The notes beneath the pieces are model-generated. The model did not search any database, was not told where the DNA came from, and saw only the letters and a program-made list of their open reading frames with translations. Made by a program: the position numbers and the translations under genes. Positions 9,307 through 14,312 of a stretch of DNA of 14,312 bases are shown here, piece after piece (the stretch's first letter is position 1; each line of letters opens with the position of its first letter). The DNA comes from Oligoflexus sp. (lineage in GTDB: Bacteria; Bdellovibrionota_B; Oligoflexia; Oligoflexales; Oligoflexaceae), in contig JBGSTX010000290.1 of NCBI GenBank assembly GCA_041736305.1, forward strand, positions 1-14,312, read 5' to 3'.

Positions 9307-9879
9307 ATGTCCTCGCATTTTCCGCAGTCTCAAGATAAGAATCGGCGAGAATATAGCATGTTCTCTATCCGCGGCGACCTCGATGGCGGCAAGGCGAGCC
9401 AAGATTTTGCCAATATTCGGCAGTTTATCGGGCTTTTGATCGGCAAGGAGGAATTTCTGCTGCCGATAGAAGTTACCAACGAAATTATCATGATGAACCA
9501 GCTGACCTTTGTCCCGCGCGCCCCGCGCTTCATCGAAGGTGTCATCAATCTCCGTGGGACTATCATGCCGGCGATCAATCTGCGTCGGATGATGAACATG
9601 CCCAATGAGATGCCTACCTCGCAGAGTCGCATTATCATCGCTCACAGCGAAGAAGTTATGGTCGGCTTGATTGTAGACGGTATCACCTATGTGATTTCTG
9701 TGGGTGCGGAACAGCTGCAGCAGCAGTCGCTACCTAACAAGGGTACGGGCGCCGAGCTGATTTCTTGGATCAGCAAGCGAGGCACCCAGGTCAATGGCGT
9801 ATTCGACATCGCCAAGGTTTTGGCCGAAACTGGTATCAATTTTCAAGCCCAAAATGAGGAGCATGAGGCTGTTGGCTGA
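9307..9879 (+). CDS. cheW: Chemotaxis coupling protein CheW
   Basis: EEFLLPIEVTNEII, TFVPRAPRFIEGVINLRGTIMPAINLR, RIII, VGLIVDGI. SD AGGAG at 9295-9299 overlaps the cheA stop; ATG at 9307 (GTG 9304 also possible). Confidence 0.95.
   Translation: MSSHFPQSQDKNRREYSMFSIRGDLDGGKASQDFANIRQFIGLLIGKEEFLLPIEVTNEIIMMNQLTFVPRAPRFIEGVINLRGTIMPAINLRRMMNMPNEMPTSQSRIIIAHSEEVMVGLIVDGITYVISVGAEQLQQQSLPNKGTGAELISWISKRGTQVNGVFDIAKVLAETGINFQAQNEEHEAVG
9778..9873 (+). repeat. Copy 1 of a diverged 96-bp direct repeat (3' end of cheW)
   Basis: Aligns without gaps to 11774-11869 at 73/96 identities (hand count). Confidence 0.9.
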
Positions 9880-9962
9880 ATGCCGGATGCAACCCAGTTT
9901 TTTTTCCCTGCTTTTTCTTACGAATCCTCCGAACAATCCCAGCCAAGATTACCCATTCAGGT

Positions 9963-9990
9963 TTCGCGAGCCGCGAAGGCTTTTTGCGGC
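9963..9990 (+). terminator. Hairpin cluster downstream of cheW; possible terminator
   Basis: AGCC-gcgaa-GGCT followed by TTTT. Overlapping alternative stems are TTCGCG/CGCGAA (9963-9977) and GCCGCGAAG/TTTTGCGGC (9970-9990). Confidence 0.35.
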
Positions 9991-10033
9991 ACATTTATCG
10001 CAACGCTGAGTTCTGTGGCCATCCATCTGCTTA

Positions 10034-10042
10034 TGTTATAAA
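10034..10042 (+). promoter_or_regulatory. Candidate extended -10 promoter element for the carboxypeptidase gene
   Basis: TGtTATAAA (TGn + 5/6 match to TATAAT) about 70 bp upstream of ATG 10111. No good -35 element. Confidence 0.3.
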
Positions 10043-10110
10043 ACCTGCCAGCGTCTTGACGGTCAAAAACGCAGGATCAATCACCAAGAACAGACTGGAC
10101 CCCCATATTC

Positions 10111-11607
10111 ATGCAACACTACCCGAAACTCCTCGAAACCTGGCATCGCGTCCACTTGTACTCATCTTCATGCAGCGTCCTTGGTTGGGATCAGAATTGT
10201 GTTATGCCCCCTGCCGCTGCGGCCTTCCGCGGGGAGCAGATCGGCTTTCTATCACAGCTTGCCCATCAAGAGATGTCGAGTGACGCCTACGAGACTCTGC
10301 TCAAAAAGTCTTTTGACGAAGTGGCCGAACTAGGCAGTTTGGATCCCCGCCGCCGTAACGTGGAGCGAGCGCTCCGTTTGCTGAAACGAGAGAAAAGTCT
10401 CAGTGCTGAACTGGTTAATGACTGGAGCCGCGCGACAGTCGAAGGACAGACCGCCTGGGAAGAAGCCAAGCAGAAGAGAGATTTTTCTCTCTTCAAGAAG
10501 CCTTTGCAGAAAATTATCGCACTTTCTCTGCAAAGGGCCGAACTCTTTGGCTATGAGAAAACTCCCTACGACGCTCTCCTACCCGACTACGAGTGGGGTT
10601 TCGATTCGCAAAAGCTCGACGAAATCTTTGTACCGCTCCAAGCCGGCCTCACGGCTCTCCTTCGCTCTTGCCAGAAGCGAGATGATATTAGCTTCCGTGA
10701 GCTTGGAACCGGCTTCAGCCCGGCGCTGCAGGAGCAACTCGGTCGCGAGCTAGCTCTGTCTCTAGGATTTGGGTTTGACGATGGCGTCTTGCTTACTTCA
10801 TCTCATCCCTTTAGCACGACACTAGGGCCGCGGGATTTTCGCATTACTACGCGCTATTCTGAAAAAGACTTCCTCTCATCGTTCTCCGCGGTCGCGCATG
10901 AAGTAGGACACTCACTCTACGAGCGAGGTCTACCCCAAGAGTATCTGGGACAACCTGTAGGCTCGGCTTCTTCGGCCGGCATACACGAATCACAGTCGCT
11001 TTTCTGGGAGAAACGCATTGCCCAAAGTCAGCCTTTTCTCAAGGCGTGGACCAGCAAGTTCAGACAGGCTTTTCCCGAACAGCTCGCTAAGCTGAGCGGC
11101 GATGATCTCTATCGCCAGGCTAATCGCGTCAGATCCAGCTTAATTCGCGTCGATGCCGATGAGGTGAGCTACAGCCTGCACATCATCATTCGCTATGAGC
11201 TGGAGAAGGCTCTGATCAACGAACGCTTGCCGCTTGATGAGCTGCCCCAGCTTTGGAACGAGAAGTACCAATCCTATCTGGGAATCACCCCCTCGCATCT
11301 CGGCGAAGGCTGCCTGCAAGATATCCACTGGTCCTGTGGGTCTTTCGGCTATTTCCCATCCTATGCCCTGGGCCACCTCTTTTCAGCTCAGTTCGCCGAG
11401 GCCATGGAGAAGGATCTGGGCTCGCTCGACAGGAGGATTGAAGCTCAGGACTTCGGCCGCATCCGCCAGTGGCTTAAGGACAAGATTCATAGCCGTGGTG
11501 CAAGCTTTGATTCGCAAGACTTAATCAGAGAAGTCAGCGGAAGAGAGCTGTCCATCGAACCATTCATGATCTACTTGCAGCAAAAGGTCGGGACCGTTTA
11601 TCAGTGA
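10111..11607 (+). CDS. M32 family metallocarboxypeptidase (carboxypeptidase Taq-like)
   Basis: LGWDQ..MP, YDALL.DYE, HPF, RITTRY, HEVGH (HExxH), HESQS, IRVDADE, HIIIRYELE, GCLQDIHW, GYFPSYALG; 498 aa. Confidence 0.96.
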   Translation: MQHYPKLLETWHRVHLYSSSCSVLGWDQNCVMPPAAAAFRGEQIGFLSQLAHQEMSSDAYETLLKKSFDEVAELGSLDPRRRNVERALRLLKREKSLSAELVNDWSRATVEGQTAWEEAKQKRDFSLFKKPLQKIIALSLQRAELFGYEKTPYDALLPDYEWGFDSQKLDEIFVPLQAGLTALLRSCQKRDDISFRELGTGFSPALQEQLGRELALSLGFGFDDGVLLTSSHPFSTTLGPRDFRITTRYSEKDFLSSFSAVAHEVGHSLYERGLPQEYLGQPVGSASSAGIHESQSLFWEKRIAQSQPFLKAWTSKFRQAFPEQLAKLSGDDLYRQANRVRSSLIRVDADEVSYSLHIIIRYELEKALINERLPLDELPQLWNEKYQSYLGITPSHLGEGCLQDIHWSCGSFGYFPSYALGHLFSAQFAEAMEKDLGSLDRRIEAQDFGRIRQWLKDKIHSRGASFDSQDLIREVSGRELSIEPFMIYLQQKVGTVYQ

Positions 11608-11662
11608 GCTGAGGCGCTTGTGAATAATCTTTTTCGACTATATACGGGAGCTGCGAGCTCGG

Positions 11663-11705
11663 CTGGGCTAAAATCCACCCGCGGGTTCAATGCCCAGATT
11701 TTTTT
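11663..11705 (+). terminator. Possible intrinsic terminator after the M32 gene
   Basis: CTGGGC (11663-68) pairs with GCCCAG (11692-97), enclosing the palindrome ACCCGCGGGT, and is followed by A and seven T. Confidence 0.4.
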
Positions 11706-11773
11706 GCGCCTTTGATAGCCTAGGAACGGATTTCTACTGCTGAATGAGGGCACAAATGAAATAATCATGACGG

Positions 11774-11869
11774 AGAAGCACCCACATCTATGGAGTGTTC
11801 GACATTGTCAAAGTTTCGGCAGAAGCTGGCTTCGATTTTCAAGCTCAGAAGGAGCAGCACTAGGCTGTC
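11774..11869 (+). pseudogene. Degenerate copy of the cheW 3' end (copy 2 of the direct repeat), overlapping the 5' end of the PEGA/TPR gene
   Basis: In the cheW frame it reads RSTHIYGVFDIVKVSAEAGFDFQAQKEQH*AV versus CheW RGTQVNGVFDIAKVLAETGINFQAQNEEHEAV. There is an in-frame TAG at 11861 and stops just upstream in this frame. Confidence 0.85.
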
Positions 11870-13589
11870 GCTCCTCTTCCCAGCTTTTCTTCCTTTAACT
11901 GCCTTACTCTTGCTCTTATTGTCCCTAGAAAGTGCAGCTGCTGAAAAGGCGCCTCCTCCACGTAAATCCCCTACGCCATCGGTAGCAGCTCCAGCAGCTC
12001 CCTCGCTTATACTGAGCTCAAGCAGCAAGGACTTGAGCCTTCTGCAAGACGGAATCCTCTCGGCCATCAGTCCTGGCAAAGCCCTCCCCCTTCGCGTTGG
12101 CCTCAACGAACTCATGGTGACGGCACCGGGGTATGGGATTCGCAAGCTCAGGATCTGGTTGAAAGAGGGCGAGCAACGGACCCTAGACGTCGCCCTCCAG
12201 AAAACAGTCAATCCTCTCGACCCAATCTGGGCCTCAGCGGAAAAGCCGATACCAAGCAAGCAGCTCAGCAAGAAACTGAGCGTCTGCGCGTGGTTTCGCA
12301 GTAAAAGCAAAAAAGCTGATATCTGCCCGCGACAGACTTGGCTGGAGGACATCCTCTTTGTCGAACCCGGCCTCTTCCCCTTTGACGAGATGCAAAGTCT
12401 GGCTGACAGCAAAGAGCTGACCCAATACAGGAGCCTCGTCAATCAGGTCTTCGACCCCAACCCTGAAGTCACGGCAAAAATCGAGGACTTTTACACTCAA
12501 CGCGGCCAGCTGAAAGCGGTCAAGCAGCTAACCACTATGCGCAGCTTCTTTCAGGGCGACTGCCCACGGGTCCACGCTCTCTATGTAGAAGCTCTGCAGG
12601 TCATGGAAGATCCTTCTGCCATCGCGTTGTTCAAAGGCTTCTGTGCTGAGTTCAGGAATAAAGACAGCGGCCTTGAAAATCTCATCAAATCGAGCAAAGC
12701 GCCGGCCCCCTATCTCTACTACCACCTAGGCCGCATGCTCCTTCCGAAATCCGCGAGTAAAGCCCTGGAAATTGCCAACACCTGCCTGAAGTCTAATCGC
12801 TTCGACCTCGGTTGCCAGGAGCTCGCCTTGATGGCCTCCGCTATTGAAAACCCCACAGGTCCAGATCTTAAGGTGCAGCGTTTTACTATTGAAGATGGTG
12901 CTTTCCGTACCCTGCTCACGCTCGAGACGACGGTACCTAAGGCTCAGTATGAGCAGGCTTTCTTCTCGGTTATTCCGCTTCTCAACACCTATCCCCAGAG
13001 CTTGGAGCTCTACCTCTACCTAGCGTGGATAAACGCGGCTGAAAAGCTGTCTGGAGGTTCAGGCTACATTGATCGAAAGTTTGACGTCAGCGCGATTCTG
13101 GGCGGACCAACTCTTGAGAAGATAATCGAAGACCTCGAAAAATTCGGCTTTTCATCTCTCTTAGCACCGATCTACCGTCTAAAAATTCGGCGCGATCCAA
13201 GTGATCCCAACCTCTGGATCCGCCTTATCCGGGCTTACTCCCAAGCGGGTAACTGTGAGGAAGTCCTGAGCAGCTTTAAGGATGGGGCGCAGGTTCTCCC
13301 TCGCTTCAATGCTTCTCTCCTACAGACCCAGGCCGCCTGCCTAGTCGAGCTGAAGCGTTTCGAGGAGGCAGCAGAAAGCTACCAGAAGATCTTGGAACTC
13401 AAACCCGGTGCATGGTCAAGTCCCTACAACCTAGCCACAGTCTACGAAAGGCTCAATCGCAGTCCTGAAGCACTGCTGCTTTACAAGAAGGCTCTCGAGC
13501 TGCAGCCCACGCCCGAAATCAAAGATGATATTCAGTTTAGGCTCCTAGATCTCGAGAAAAATCTGGGTACCGAAGCAGATACACCATAG
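11790..13589 (+). CDS. Secreted protein with PEGA-like domain and C-terminal TPR repeats
   Basis: Basic N-region, then hydrophobic LLFPAFLPLTALLLLLLSL and an AAA cleavage site. PEGA-like VTAPGY..RKLRIWLKEGEQRTLDVAL. TPR-type motifs EEAAESYQKILELKP, YNLATVYERL, EALLLYKKALELQP. Start uncertain: ATG 11790 or TTG 11805 (GGAG at 11792-95). Confidence 0.85.
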   Translation: MECSTLSKFRQKLASIFKLRRSSTRLSLLFPAFLPLTALLLLLLSLESAAAEKAPPPRKSPTPSVAAPAAPSLILSSSSKDLSLLQDGILSAISPGKALPLRVGLNELMVTAPGYGIRKLRIWLKEGEQRTLDVALQKTVNPLDPIWASAEKPIPSKQLSKKLSVCAWFRSKSKKADICPRQTWLEDILFVEPGLFPFDEMQSLADSKELTQYRSLVNQVFDPNPEVTAKIEDFYTQRGQLKAVKQLTTMRSFFQGDCPRVHALYVEALQVMEDPSAIALFKGFCAEFRNKDSGLENLIKSSKAPAPYLYYHLGRMLLPKSASKALEIANTCLKSNRFDLGCQELALMASAIENPTGPDLKVQRFTIEDGAFRTLLTLETTVPKAQYEQAFFSVIPLLNTYPQSLELYLYLAWINAAEKLSGGSGYIDRKFDVSAILGGPTLEKIIEDLEKFGFSSLLAPIYRLKIRRDPSDPNLWIRLIRAYSQAGNCEEVLSSFKDGAQVLPRFNASLLQTQAACLVELKRFEEAAESYQKILELKPGAWSSPYNLATVYERLNRSPEALLLYKKALELQPTPEIKDDIQFRLLDLEKNLGTEADTP

Positions 13590-13763
13590 GCAGTTCCTGC
13601 CCAATCGCACTCGCCACCTTCCGCGTAGAATGGACATAAAGCGATCACAATCGACTAGCTTGCTCTGCAGGCAAAGAGATTTTTCGCTTTGCTCAGCCCA
13701 AATTGAGATACAGCTGAATAGGGCTGATCTTATGGGCAATGCCAATCTCTTTTTTTACTGAGC

Positions 13764-13797
13764 ACATTAAGGATCGAAAGTGTTCGATACCTAATGT
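13764..13797. promoter_or_regulatory. 34-bp imperfect inverted repeat upstream of the lipoprotein gene (operator or RNA hairpin)
   Basis: ACATTAAGGATCGAA-agtg-TTCGATACCTAATGT: 13 of 15 positions pair, ending 31 bp before ATG 13829. Confidence 0.55.
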
Positions 13798-13828
13798 TCC
13801 ATAAGCTCACACTCTTGAGGAGAGTTAC

Positions 13829-14312
13829 ATGCGCATTCATTTTCTCGCCCTGACTTCACTTACTGCCTTGTCGCTGGCCACTGGATGTAAAGAGACTTCC
13901 AGTACTGGCGAAGGCGCAGCTGTCTATGCAGCAGATGCTGCAAAAGTAGCCTCTGGCGAAGAGGTACTCTTTAGTGCGAACAGTGTGCCGGCCCCTCAGC
14001 CTTCACCAAAGGCACGCGAAGGTGACCTCGATGGCAGTAAGTTCAAACTCGGGGAAGGCTTTCCCCGCGAACGCGTTGGTGAATTTCAGACTCCGGGCAG
14101 CGATTTAACCGGAACTCCCAGAGATTTGCAAGGCATCTGGTGGATGGACGGGAATCCCCTCCCCGACGAAACCATCTCGTTTGCAAAAGCGGACTTTACT
14201 CAGGAAAAGCCGCTCTTCGCCGTCTTCGGCGAAAATAACTTCAGCTTCCACGCTGGCGCTAACGGTACAGCTGACTTTCCTCAGGGTGACAGAGATTACA
14301 AGGCCGGCGAAG
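13829..14312 (+). CDS. Hypothetical lipoprotein, 3'-truncated by the window edge (not in the ORF track)
   Basis: SD GAGGAG at 13817-22, ATG at 13829, open to the end of the window. MRIHFLALTSLTALSLATG|C (lipobox, Cys20), then a low-complexity linker and a globular part containing LQGIWWMDGNPLPDE. Confidence 0.85.
   Translation, partial: MRIHFLALTSLTALSLATGCKETSSTGEGAAVYAADAAKVASGEEVLFSANSVPAPQPSPKAREGDLDGSKFKLGEGFPRERVGEFQTPGSDLTGTPRDLQGIWWMDGNPLPDETISFAKADFTQEKPLFAVFGENNFSFHAGANGTADFPQGDRDYKAGE

Noticed and set aside
9794-10009. 71-aa ORF overlapping the cheW end as a functional gene
   Set aside because: It runs through poly-T and hairpin intergenic sequence with no domain, and is better explained as the alternate-frame counterpart of the TPR N-terminus. 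A short peptide cannot be excluded.
9778-11869. cheW 3' repeat pair as a diversity-generating retroelement TR/VR
   Set aside because: Mismatches are not confined to adenines in either copy and follow codon position instead. No reverse transcriptase is present in the window.
11765-12442. 225-aa antisense ORF opposite the TPR gene, and 9730-9936 antisense to cheW
   Set aside because: Shadow ORFs. Their mutual similarity (NFDNVEHSIDVGAS vs NLGDVEYAIDLGAS) only reflects the DNA repeat.
13660-13760. c-di-GMP-I (GEMM) riboswitch suggested by CAGGCAAA
   Set aside because: The GAAA tetraloop stem and the GACGCAAAG/CTAA elements are absent.

Overview
Bacterial chromosomal window with no tRNA, rRNA, CRISPR array or transposase that I can support. 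The gene repertoire suggests Bdellovibrionota/Oligoflexia or a related deltaproteobacterium-like lineage (inference only). Gene order: lysine-rich helical hypothetical protein, mutY, a secreted protein with an OmpA-like domain followed by a beta-barrel, pepA (minus), eno, a winged-HTH regulator (minus), a probable operon of a STAS/zinc-ribbon protein + cheA + cheW, an M32 carboxypeptidase, a secreted PEGA/TPR protein, and the start of a lipoprotein gene that runs off the window and is missing from the ORF track. Two observations stand out. (1) CheA has no room for a P2 domain but carries about 245 extra N-terminal residues with five acidic amphipathic motifs resembling the CheY-binding peptides of FliM-N and CheZ-C, three of them as a 69-bp tandem repeat. 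(2) The last 96 bp of cheW recur, diverged (73/96 identical, ungapped), 1996 bp downstream. The two copies flank the M32 gene, and the second copy supplies the 5' end of the PEGA/TPR gene in a shifted reading frame.
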